A DNA stretch of 64,000 nucleotides, from contig CAZFHS010000021.1 of NCBI GenBank assembly GCA_964518955.1, positions 31,058-95,057 on the forward strand, in the 5' to 3' direction. The stretch comes from an uncultured Gemmatimonadaceae bacterium (GTDB taxonomy: Bacteria; Gemmatimonadota; Gemmatimonadetes; Gemmatimonadales; GWC2-71-9). Each line of letters begins with the position of its first letter. Position 1 is the stretch's first letter. The notes under the pieces were generated by a model. That model worked only from the letters and a program-made list of their open reading frames with translations. It did not search any database and was not told the origin of the DNA. Below, piece by piece: positions 38,799-47,163 of the stretch. The translations under genes and the position numbers were made by a program.

Positions 38799-40184
38799 TC
38801 AGGGCTTCACAGCATCCTCGCGACGAGCTGCATTCTTGGGGCCTTCTACCGGTAGACGCAGCCGAGCCCTGCACCCAGATCTGTCGTCACGGTTCTCGAG
38901 CGTAATCGTTCCGCCGTGCCCTTCTGCGATCTGAAGGCACAGCGCTAGGCCGATACCCGACCCCTTTGTCTTGGTGGTATAAAAGGGTACGAAGAGATTC
39001 GAACTGTCAGGAATTCCGTGTCCTTCGTCCTCAACGACTATTTCCACCGCTCCGTTGTCCGTGCGCCAGTGCACTGCAACGCAACCGCCGGTTTCTTCTG
39101 CAGCGTCGACAGCGTTATCAACGAGATTGATCAACAACTGGTCGAGCTGGTCACCATCCGCGAGAATGCGGATGGCCGTACCTTCCGTCACCTCTATGTT
39201 CATCCGCGTCTCGAGCGCCGTTATCCGTTTGATCCAAGTGCCCACGTCCAGGTCCGCCAAAACCGGGGGCGGCAATCGCGCCAAACGAGCGTATGACGCC
39301 ATGAAACGGCTCAGAGCATCGGACCGTGAGGCGATGATCGAGAGGCCTTGCTGCAAGTCTTCGCTGTTCTCGGAACCAAGAGTTTCACGTTTCACGATGG
39401 TTTGGAGACTGTCTGCTATGGAACGAATTGGGGCGAGCGAGTTGTTTATTTCGTGACTCAGAACGCGGATCAACCGTTTCCACGACTGACGTTCTTCCTC
39501 TCGTAGTAGGCGACTCAGGTCTGTGAGCACGAGAAGCTGGTGCGGACGCCCGCCCTGTCGGAACGTGCTAGTTCTCACTTCCCACCGCCCGGACGCGCCC
39601 GGAAATGCTCTTTCCAGGAGACGTGGTGCGTCACCGTGCAAGCAGTCTTCGACGCCAAGGTCCGCCACGGAGCGCCCGATGAGGCTGAGCGCGGATTTGC
39701 CGAACAGCCGCTCACCTCCACGATTCACCAACCTGAGAGTGAGTGCATCGTCGAATGCGAGGACGGCGACGTCGATCTCCTCCATGACTTTGCGGAGCAA
39801 GGCAGTCGCCTCGAGTGCGCCGAGGCGCTGTTGGTGGAGTGTCTCGCCGAGGGTATTCGCCTCCAGCAGGGCCAACCCCAACGAATCGTTGCTGCTTCCG
39901 AGTCCGCGGGCTCTCATCGAGTAATCGCCTTTGTGCAACGCCGCCAGCATGTTCGAGAGAGTTTGAAGGGAGCGTACGACGCGTTCGCGGAGAACCACTG
40001 CAAAGCCAAACCAGCCGATCCCTATGAATGTGGTAAGGGTCCACTGCAATCTGGCGCTGTATTCTCCTAGCCAGAGCAGTATCAAGGCTATTGAGCTGCC
40101 TGGGAGGCCGGCCAGAAGAGCCAATCCGAGGATGAGGAGGTCGTACGAAATCCCAGACCTCCTCTCCCCCCGCCCGTCAGTCAT
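38799..40184 (-). CDS. Membrane sensor histidine kinase (HAMP-PAS-HisKA-HATPase)
   Basis: VLSHEINNSLAPI, LINLVDNA, DEGHGI, FVPFYTTK..GSGIGL. Confidence 0.95.
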   Translation of the reverse strand: MTDGRGERRSGISYDLLILGLALLAGLPGSSIALILLWLGEYSARLQWTLTTFIGIGWFGFAVVLRERVVRSLQTLSNMLAALHKGDYSMRARGLGSSNDSLGLALLEANTLGETLHQQRLGALEATALLRKVMEEIDVAVLAFDDALTLRLVNRGGERLFGKSALSLIGRSVADLGVEDCLHGDAPRLLERAFPGASGRWEVRTSTFRQGGRPHQLLVLTDLSRLLREEERQSWKRLIRVLSHEINNSLAPIRSIADSLQTIVKRETLGSENSEDLQQGLSIIASRSDALSRFMASYARLARLPPPVLADLDVGTWIKRITALETRMNIEVTEGTAIRILADGDQLDQLLINLVDNAVDAAEETGGCVAVHWRTDNGAVEIVVEDEGHGIPDSSNLFVPFYTTKTKGSGIGLALCLQIAEGHGGTITLENRDDRSGCRARLRLPVEGPKNAARREDAVKP

Positions 40185-41545
40185 AATCCGTATCGCTGGA
40201 GGCGCCTGTACAGTGCGCTACGACTCAATCCGAGCGCGTCGGCTGCCTGGCTCACGTTCCCCTCGTGACGCTGGAGTGCCTTTTCGATGAGAATCTTCTC
40301 GACCTCGTCCAGCGTCAAATCGTCTATGTGGCCGCTGCCCTCCGACGGTGCTACGAGCCCGAGGTCGTGTGCACGAACGTGGTCGTCCATGGCTAGGAGC
40401 ACCGCTCGTTCGACGGCGTGCCTGAGCTCGCGAATATTACCTGGCCAAGGGTGGTCCAGCAGTGCCTGCGAGGCGTCTTCCGAAAAGCCCGCTTTGGGTT
40501 TTCTGTAGCGCTTCGCCTGACGCTCTAGGAAATGTTGCGCCAGCAACGGTATGTCCTCTCGACGCTCGCGGAGCGGCGGAAGGTGTATTTCGACAGTGTT
40601 GAGCCGATAGAGCAGGTCTTCCCGGAATCGACCAGCCGCAACTTCTGCCTGTGGATCAGCATTGGTGGCCGAGATCACACGCACGTCGACCTGTCTGGTC
40701 TTCGACGACCCCACTCTTTGGACTTCGCCTGTCTCCAGCGCCCGCAGCAGTGTAGCCTGCTGTTTCATCGGTACGTTTGCGATTTCGTCGAGGAACAGAG
40801 TCCCGTCGTTTGCCAACTCGAAGCGGCCGACCCTATCTGCCTTGGCGTCGGTGAACGCTCCCTTCACGTGCCCGAACAACTCGCTTTCGAACACACCCTC
40901 CGGTAGACCCCCGACATTCACTGCAACCAGGGCTTTTGATGCTCGATTGGATGAAGCGTGCAGCCAGTGGGCAACTACTTCCTTTCCTGTGCCGTGCTCT
41001 CCGGTGACCAGCACGTTTGCGTCGGAGGGGCCGATCCTCTCGATGACCTGGAGAACGGGTCGCATAGCGCGCGATTCTGAGATGAACTCGGGTAACCCCT
41101 CTTTTCTCAAGAGCCGGTTCTCACCTTCGAGTCGGTGAGCCTTCCGCAGAGCTCGGCCCAACTCGACCTGGGTTCTGAGCGTCGCAACCAGACGCGCGTT
41201 GTCCCAGGGCTTCTCTACGTAGTCCTTGGCGCCTCGCCGCATGGCTTCCACCGCTCCGTCGACGCTTCCCCAAGCTGTCATGACGACCACTGGCAGATGT
41301 GAGTCCATGGTTTGAAGGCGGGAAATCAGGTCCATCCCCTCTAGGCCCGAGGTTGTGTCACGAGTGTAGTTCATGTCCATCAAGACCGCATCTACATCCT
41401 TGCTCTCGACAACGCGCAGGACTCCCCCCGGAGAAGTTGCGGTCTCAGTCGTGAAACCCTCGCCCTTGAGCAGCAAACGTAGGGCCTCCAGCACGTCTCG
41501 CTGGTCGTCGGCAATCAGAATCCGTGGGGACGATGAAGTGGTCAT
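40181..41545 (-). CDS. NtrC-family sigma54-dependent response regulator (GAFTDA variant)
   Basis: REC domain; GEHGTGKE, ESELFGH.KGAFTDA, LFLDEI, WPGNIREL, Fis HTH. Confidence 0.95.
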   Translation of the reverse strand: MTTSSSPRILIADDQRDVLEALRLLLKGEGFTTETATSPGGVLRVVESKDVDAVLMDMNYTRDTTSGLEGMDLISRLQTMDSHLPVVVMTAWGSVDGAVEAMRRGAKDYVEKPWDNARLVATLRTQVELGRALRKAHRLEGENRLLRKEGLPEFISESRAMRPVLQVIERIGPSDANVLVTGEHGTGKEVVAHWLHASSNRASKALVAVNVGGLPEGVFESELFGHVKGAFTDAKADRVGRFELANDGTLFLDEIANVPMKQQATLLRALETGEVQRVGSSKTRQVDVRVISATNADPQAEVAAGRFREDLLYRLNTVEIHLPPLRERREDIPLLAQHFLERQAKRYRKPKAGFSEDASQALLDHPWPGNIRELRHAVERAVLLAMDDHVRAHDLGLVAPSEGSGHIDDLTLDEVEKILIEKALQRHEGNVSQAADALGLSRSALYRRLQRYGL

Positions 41546-41559
41546 TTCGCGCTCCGGCG

Positions 41560-42225
41560 TCAGCTATCGACGATCCATCCGTCGTGGAGCTGGATGATCC
41601 TATTGCCGTACTTGGCGTAATCCTCGTTGTGAGTGACCTGAATGATCGTGGTTCCCTCTTGGTTCAGGCTCTTGAGCAGGTCCATGATCATCACGCCTTG
41701 CGAGGAGTGAAGGCTGCCGGTTGGCTCGTCTGCGAGTATCAGCTTGGGGCTCGAAACCATCGCCCTGGCTACCGCCACCAGCTGCTGTTGCCCGCCTGAG
41801 AGCTGAGTCGGATAGAGATCCTTCTTTCCAACGATTTGGAACTTGTCGAGCATGTCGGCTACGATGGCCTGTCGCTCAGATCTGCGAACGTTCCTGTACG
41901 AGAGAGGAATGTCGAGATTCTCGTACACCGTGAGGTTGTCGAGCAGATGGTATTGCTGGAAAACGAACCCGATGTACTGCTTGTGTAGTTCATTCCTCTT
42001 CTTGGTCTTGAGCTCATGCACAGCGTTGTCCACAAAATAGAATTCTCCAGCCCAGGCTCCGTCGAGCATGCCCAGAATGCCCAGCAGCGTGGATTTGCCG
42101 GCGCCGGATGGGCCCATTACGGTGACGAACTCGCCCTGGTGGATGTCTAGCGTGATCTGACGAAGTACAAACTGTTTGGTGGCTCCGAGTGGGTAGAATT
42201 TCTCTACGTTTCGCAGTGATATCAT
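41560..42225 (-). CDS. ABC ATP-binding protein (LolD/MacB-type)
   Basis: GPSGAGKST, LSGGQQQ, ADEPTG. Confidence 0.93.
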   Translation of the reverse strand: MISLRNVEKFYPLGATKQFVLRQITLDIHQGEFVTVMGPSGAGKSTLLGILGMLDGAWAGEFYFVDNAVHELKTKKRNELHKQYIGFVFQQYHLLDNLTVYENLDIPLSYRNVRRSERQAIVADMLDKFQIVGKKDLYPTQLSGGQQQLVAVARAMVSSPKLILADEPTGSLHSSQGVMIMDLLKSLNQEGTTIIQVTHNEDYAKYGNRIIQLHDGWIVDS

Positions 42226-42325
42226 GCGTCAAACCCTGAATATTGAGTTATGTGGAATCTTAGCTGCCGGGTCGGGATTTGCCACATCCCACTCCAGAAG
42301 ACGATGCCCCTGGAATATCTATAGA

Positions 42326-42340
42326 GCAATATCGATGCCC
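42326..42340 (-). promoter_or_regulatory. Probable sigma54 -24/-12 promoter for ATPase-RR-HK
   Basis: Minus strand GGGCAT-CGATA-TTGC(T), about 100 bp upstream of ATG 42225, followed upstream by an AT-rich tract. Confidence 0.5.
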
Positions 42341-42436
42341 GGTAGCTGGTCGGCATTAACTTATTATACAACAACATGTTACAGAGGCTGCCCTTGTCCG
42401 GAGATTACGTCTCCTGTTCAATCATGGAAAGTGAAA

Positions 42437-42453
42437 ATCCCAAAATCGAACAC
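42437..42453 (-). promoter_or_regulatory. Putative enhancer (UAS), copy A
   Basis: Minus strand GTGTTCGATTTTGGGAT; 15/17 identical to 44800-44816. Confidence 0.5.
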
Positions 42454-42503
42454 TTTGCCGTCCAGGCCAAAAAATTGAAAAAGGGTTCGTGTCGAAAAAC
42501 AAC

Positions 42504-42616
42504 GAGCAGCCATAGTGGTGAGGCAGTGCTCCCCACCAGTATAGCTGCTCTATGAAAGATCGTGTGAGCCAGTGACCCGCGACCGCCGTCTACGGGTCAC
42601 CATGAACGCGGCTCAC
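42504..42616. other. Two adjacent long hairpins downstream of the first ATPase
   Basis: GAGCAGC..TGGTG/CACCA..GCTGCTC (42504-42550) and nested GTGAGCC[GTGACCCG/CGGGTCAC]GGCTCAC (42564-42616). Confidence 0.5.
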
Positions 42617-42622
42617 CACAAA

Positions 42623-43372
42623 TCATGTCATCTCGAAACCGCTCTCCTCGAGCTTCGTCTCGTGTTCCTTCGCGGCCTCGCCTGACTCGTCTTCGACTAC
42701 CCTGCCGTCAAACAGATGGATTGCCCTGTCGGCATGCGCGGCGTAGCGAGGGTCGTGAGTGACCATGCAGATCGTCGCTCCCTCACGGTGGAGGTCACGC
42801 AGCAATTCCATCACCGCTTCGCCGTTCGTCGAATCGAGGTTTCCTGTCGGCTCGTCGGCCAGTAGAATCGCCGGATCGCCAGCCACCGATCGTGCAACCG
42901 CAACGCGCTGCTGCTGACCACCCGATAGCTGAGAGGGATAATGCTTCATGCGGTGAGACATGCCGACTCTCTCGAGGGCCTCTTGCACGCGCTTCTTGCG
43001 CTCGGCCGAGGGCATGTCACGATACGTGAGGGGCAACTCGACATTCTCGAATACCGTTAGATCGCCGATCAGGTTGAATGCCTGGAAGATGAAGCCGATC
43101 TGGCGGTTCCTGATTCGAGCCCGCTGCGACGCCGATATGTTGGCGACCGGCGTGCCGGCAAGCGTGTAGGCCCCGTCGGTCGGCGTGTCAAGCAAACCGA
43201 GGATCGATAGCAGGGTTGTCTTGCCGCACCCTGAAGGCCCCGCGATGCAGACATACTCACCCTCTTTGATCTCGAGGTGAATGCCGGCCAGCGCATGTGT
43301 CTCCACCTCTTCGGTGAAGAACACCTTCTTCACGCCTTCGAGCTTGATCAACGTTTCGGTTTGTTCTACCAT
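42623..43372 (-). CDS. ABC ATP-binding protein (LolD/MacB-type)
   Basis: [31 protein letters not shown]. Confidence 0.95.
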   Translation of the reverse strand: MVEQTETLIKLEGVKKVFFTEEVETHALAGIHLEIKEGEYVCIAGPSGCGKTTLLSILGLLDTPTDGAYTLAGTPVANISASQRARIRNRQIGFIFQAFNLIGDLTVFENVELPLTYRDMPSAERKKRVQEALERVGMSHRMKHYPSQLSGGQQQRVAVARSVAGDPAILLADEPTGNLDSTNGEAVMELLRDLHREGATICMVTHDPRYAAHADRAIHLFDGRVVEDESGEAAKEHETKLEESGFEMT

Positions 43373-43391
43373 GGAGTCTTTCCTCTCGATG

Positions 43392-44648
43392 TTACCGGAT
43401 CCTCACCCGGTCATATGCATCCCACTGCGACATATCAACGAGGATCACAACGTCTCCGATCCGGAGACCCTCCTCGATTTCAATTGTGTTGACAGAACTT
43501 CGACCTAAGCGAACGTTCACGCGCTCGGCGTACCCGCCGCCATCGACCAGTTTGAAGAGTCCGACCGTGGAGTGTGCCTGGCCGTATGCCGGCCTACCGA
43601 CAAACAACACATCCTCCAAACGTTCGAGCTCGATGATACCCTCGACTGCCAGTCCGGGGCGAGCGCTCCGAGGCAGCTCCGGTGGCAGCGCCACGTCGAC
43701 AACCACGACACCATCCTGCGCCGCCGGGTCGATACGGATGACCTGGCCCATAATCGTGTCAGTGCGTGTGTCTACCAACGCGTCCTGGCCTAGTGCGACA
43801 TCTCTAGCTTGGGTTTGTGGAATCCTGAGTTCGGCCTTTAGCCGTTCGGGCACCACCACCCGAGCCAGCGTCTGACCGTTCATCACCCATTGTCCCTCTT
43901 CAAGATCCATCTCCTGGAGGACACCGTTGATGCCGGCTCGGACCTGCATGGATGCAATCCGCTCCTGTTGGAACGCGACGATACCTGTGAGGCGCTCAAT
44001 CTGTTCCTGTTGCACGATGAGCTGTGGCTCCTCGGACTGCTGCATGATCTCGAGCCGCCGCCTCTCTAGGCCCAAGCGAGTTTCGAGCTCGACCCCCTGT
44101 TCGAGTGCGTTTTGCAGCTCCACCTCCGAGACGTAGCCCTCTCCCTTCGTCGAAAGTTCCGCGAGAGCCTCGGCGTTGCGCTGAGCAGCCAGGTACTGCG
44201 CATTCACCGTTGCGATAAGGCTTTCCTGGTTGAGGCGTTGCGTCTGAAGATTGGATCGGAGCATCACTAGCTGCTGGTGAGCAGCAGACAATTGGCGCTG
44301 TGATTCGAGCAGCTGAAGTTGAACGTCCGGATTGCTCAGTTCGACCAGGATCGTATTGGATGTTACGGTGTTGCCGGGCTGCACATACTTCCGTTCAACC
44401 CGTCCCTGCACCTGCGCAGGAATCCAGCGGATCTGCTCAGGTACCAGGTTCCCAGGCCCACGCACACGGATCAGCATCAGCCCTTGTTCGACCGTGTCCA
44501 TCCAAATGGTGGCTCGATCTACTGTAGGAGCTGCCGGTTTCAGACGGGACAACCCGATAGTCGTGAGAACGATCGCAACAAGGGCGATTCCCCACGGTAT
44601 GTATTTCTTGCGTTTTGGTGGTGGCTCTCTTGCTATATCCACGGCCAC
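43392..44648 (-). CDS. HlyD/MacA-like membrane fusion protein
   Basis: TM anchor; VRGPGNLVP, VRAGINGVL, VIRIDPAA, VEGIIELE, VRLGRSS..IEI.EGL. Confidence 0.9.
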   Translation of the reverse strand: MAVDIAREPPPKRKKYIPWGIALVAIVLTTIGLSRLKPAAPTVDRATIWMDTVEQGLMLIRVRGPGNLVPEQIRWIPAQVQGRVERKYVQPGNTVTSNTILVELSNPDVQLQLLESQRQLSAAHQQLVMLRSNLQTQRLNQESLIATVNAQYLAAQRNAEALAELSTKGEGYVSEVELQNALEQGVELETRLGLERRRLEIMQQSEEPQLIVQQEQIERLTGIVAFQQERIASMQVRAGINGVLQEMDLEEGQWVMNGQTLARVVVPERLKAELRIPQTQARDVALGQDALVDTRTDTIMGQVIRIDPAAQDGVVVVDVALPPELPRSARPGLAVEGIIELERLEDVLFVGRPAYGQAHSTVGLFKLVDGGGYAERVNVRLGRSSVNTIEIEEGLRIGDVVILVDMSQWDAYDRVRIR

Positions 44649-44710
44649 GTTCCCCCTTTGGGCCTACCAACATTGTAATTGACGAGCAGTAACCGCTACG
44701 GGTTTCATTG

Positions 44711-44725
44711 GCAACGCGCATGCCA
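44711..44725 (-). promoter_or_regulatory. Sigma54 -24/-12 promoter of the MFP-ATPase unit
   Basis: Minus strand TGGCAT-GCGCG-TTGC, 63 bp upstream of the start at 44648. Confidence 0.75.
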
Positions 44726-44799
44726 AATGGTGGAACGTGTGTAACTGGTTGTGATTAAAGCGTTTACGGGTGTGGGTGTGGGTGCTGTGGATAGGTGCT

Positions 44800-44816
44800 G
44801 TGTTCGGTTGTGGGAT
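44800..44816 (+). promoter_or_regulatory. Putative enhancer (UAS), copy B
   Basis: GTGTTCGGTTGTGGGAT, 75-91 bp upstream of the -24 box. Confidence 0.5.
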
Positions 44817-44855
44817 CTATCATCCCATGACCGAACAGTGCGGCTTCGGGAACCG

Positions 44856-45176
44856 CTAACCGTCGTACGCTTCGACGAGGCGCGCCATTGCGGGACGCCG
44901 TTTCTGCGTTTTCAGAGGTAGCGGAACGTTCTTGCCTGCCCTGAGGTAACGGAGGCGCTGACGGTCTCGTATGAGCTTCCGCGCTTCCTCCGAATGCGTT
45001 TCGCACCGACCGGATATGCGATTGGGCCTACAGCGGCCGGGTGCTTCAGCGCACAACATTGCTGTGATCGTTCGCGTTTCGGTTAGAGTCTCGTGGGAGT
45101 GCAATGCACGCAGCGAGTGGAACAACCGGTCGCATTCTAAGCATCGTAGCTCTTGGCGATCTTCTTTCATTTCCAT
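44856..45176 (-). CDS. Small basic Cys/His-rich zinc-finger-like protein
   Basis: CLECDRLFHSLRALHSH (C-x2-C-x3-F-x5-L-x2-H) and CAEAPGRCRPNRISGRCETH; has its own promoter and an upstream terminator. Confidence 0.6.
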   Translation of the reverse strand: MEMKEDRQELRCLECDRLFHSLRALHSHETLTETRTITAMLCAEAPGRCRPNRISGRCETHSEEARKLIRDRQRLRYLRAGKNVPLPLKTQKRRPAMARLVEAYDG

Positions 45177-45252
45177 CGGACCATCCGATATCCGAGATTG
45201 CTTGCCATCGCAGTGCCCTCAGCAGGTGGATGACGGGCTAAGGCCTTTTATG

Positions 45253-45292
45253 ATAGTACTATAAAGTACTTTGTATTGCAAAGTCAAGTACC
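45253..45292 (-). promoter_or_regulatory. Near-consensus sigma70 promoter overlapped by tandem AGTACT palindromes
   Basis: Minus strand TTGACT(45287-45282)-N18-TATAGT(45263-45258); ATAGTACTAT (45253-62) and AAAGTACTTT (45263-72). Confidence 0.65.
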
Positions 45293-45310
45293 GAAAACAA
45301 GGGGAAAGAG

Positions 45311-45348
45311 AAGAACGCCACGCTGTAGGGAAACAACGTGGCGTTCTT
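45311..45348 (-). terminator. Intrinsic terminator after the S41 protease gene
   Basis: AAGAACGCCACG...CGTGGCGTTCTT 12-bp perfect stem, then CTCTTT on the minus strand. Confidence 0.75.
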
Positions 45349-45370
45349 GCCGATTCGCTCCTAGGGTTCA

Positions 45371-46957
45371 CTACTGCTGGCGAGATGCCTCGAATAAGGC
45401 TGCTTGTGTCGAAGCTTGCTGGAGCAGTTCGATTGCGGCGGCCACCTGCAAATCGGCTCGAACGCGGCGCAAGAGTTCAGCTGGGCGTCCGAACACGTAT
45501 CGGGCTATCTCGAAACCGAGTTGACCGCCGACCAAGTGGCTTGCGCCGGCCCAAATTGAATCCGGCATCGTTACGTCTCTCGCCCTGATTCTGGTGAGCA
45601 TCTCGTTGAGCATCGCTTGCGAAACCGTGAAGTCTTCGTTCGAAATGATCCCCTGGCCCTTTATGTCGAGCGCGTAACGAGCGATTACATCGGTGTACTT
45701 GGGTATGTCGCCGCCCAACGCGCGGACAAATGCCTGCTCGCCGTCGGTGAGGGTATCGGGATGTTCGATATCGGGGCGAATGCCGCCGCCGCCCTCGAGG
45801 CGTCTACCTGCATCGGAGTAAAACACCAACGAATCCGAATCCGCGGAATCAGGCTCGGTGCCGGCCCGTGCAACGGCACCGCCACGTTCAAATCGGAATT
45901 GTGGCCTGTCGATGGAGCGGCCGTTTGGCGTGAACCAACGTGATGTGGTAACGGTGACAGCTTCGGTCTCCGATAGCTGGAATACCCTGTAGGCGACTCC
46001 TTTGCCGAAACTGCGTGTTCCGAGCAATAGGGCACGGTCGTGATCTTGAAGGGCTCCGGCCAATATCTCGGCTGAACTCGCCGTTCCGCGGTTGATCAAT
46101 ACCACCAGGGGCAGGTCGGGCCAGCGTTCGGGGCGGCTTGTGCCGAGAATGTGCGACTCGCCGGGAGCCCGACCGCGCATATCGACTACAACTTCGCCGG
46201 GGTCTAGGAAGAGATCTGCGAGAGCGACACCCTGTTGCACGATTCCACCCGCATTCCCGCGCAGGTCTAGGATGAGCGATCTGGCTCCCTGAGCGCGCAG
46301 ATCTTCGATTGCCTCGCTGAGCTCTTGCGCGGCGGTCTGGCTGACCGACGTGAGGCTCAGGTAACCTATTCCTGGAGCGACGTTGATTTTGCCTTCCACG
46401 TAGTTCACGTGGATTCGTGCTCTCGTTATGACGAAGTCGAGTGGCTCGGGGATGCCGGCTCGCGCGATCTTCAGACGCACGTCGGTACCCGGAGGCCCTC
46501 GCATGAGGTCCGCGGCTTGTTGAGTTTGCCAGTCCTTCGTCGACTTGCCTTCGATTTCGACGATGAGGTCTCCAGAAACGATACCGGCACGATCCCCGGG
46601 CGTGTCGGGCAACGGTCCTACGACTGTGATCCATCCGTCGCGTGATTCGATTCGGACTCCTACTCCGCCATAGTTGCCTGTGGTGCTGAGGTTAAGCTGT
46701 TCGTATCCCTCGCGCCGCAAGTAGGAAGTGTATGGATCGAGGCGCTCGAGCATTCCCTCGATCGCCAATTCGTAGAGGTCACCCGTGTCGAGGGTGTCAA
46801 CGTAGTACTGCGATACGTATGCGACTATCTCCTCGAAGAGTCGCTCTTTGTCGGCCTTGTCAGAGTATTGTGCTCCGGGCCTTTGCAGCAGCCACCCGCC
46901 CGAAAAGAACGCAACAAAGATTACTGTAATACCGATGGCCAATCGCCGTTGTTTCAT
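45371..46957 (-). CDS. ctpA: S41A carboxyl-terminal processing protease (CtpA/Prc-like)
   Basis: LDPYT, PDZ, ILDLRGNAGG, TASSAEILAGALQD, SFGKG, GGGIRPD. Confidence 0.92.
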   Translation of the reverse strand: MKQRRLAIGITVIFVAFFSGGWLLQRPGAQYSDKADKERLFEEIVAYVSQYYVDTLDTGDLYELAIEGMLERLDPYTSYLRREGYEQLNLSTTGNYGGVGVRIESRDGWITVVGPLPDTPGDRAGIVSGDLIVEIEGKSTKDWQTQQAADLMRGPPGTDVRLKIARAGIPEPLDFVITRARIHVNYVEGKINVAPGIGYLSLTSVSQTAAQELSEAIEDLRAQGARSLILDLRGNAGGIVQQGVALADLFLDPGEVVVDMRGRAPGESHILGTSRPERWPDLPLVVLINRGTASSAEILAGALQDHDRALLLGTRSFGKGVAYRVFQLSETEAVTVTTSRWFTPNGRSIDRPQFRFERGGAVARAGTEPDSADSDSLVFYSDAGRRLEGGGGIRPDIEHPDTLTDGEQAFVRALGGDIPKYTDVIARYALDIKGQGIISNEDFTVSQAMLNEMLTRIRARDVTMPDSIWAGASHLVGGQLGFEIARYVFGRPAELLRRVRADLQVAAAIELLQQASTQAALFEASRQQ

Positions 46958-47163
46958 GTACTTCCTCCACCTGACCGTTTCCGATGTTCACCCAGTGGAA
47001 CCCCGGGGTACCCAGAACGGTTCCTTCGAGCCCTACGAATGGTACCTGTCGTTAGTGCCGGGAAATCCCGAACAACTACAATAGCCGTAATCCGGAGCAT
47101 TGCGCAAATGGGTTTCGGGGAGATTCTCTGTGATTTCCTTCGCGAATCAGAACTCAGGTTGAT

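Noticed and set aside
42224-42478. 84-aa ORF in the AT-rich inter-ATPase gap, or a permease remnant
   Set aside because: No hydrophobic or FtsX-like sequence; the region is better explained as promoter and enhancer DNA.
44768-44784. GGGTGT short tandem repeat
   Set aside because: Only two to three units; no evidence for phase variation or function.
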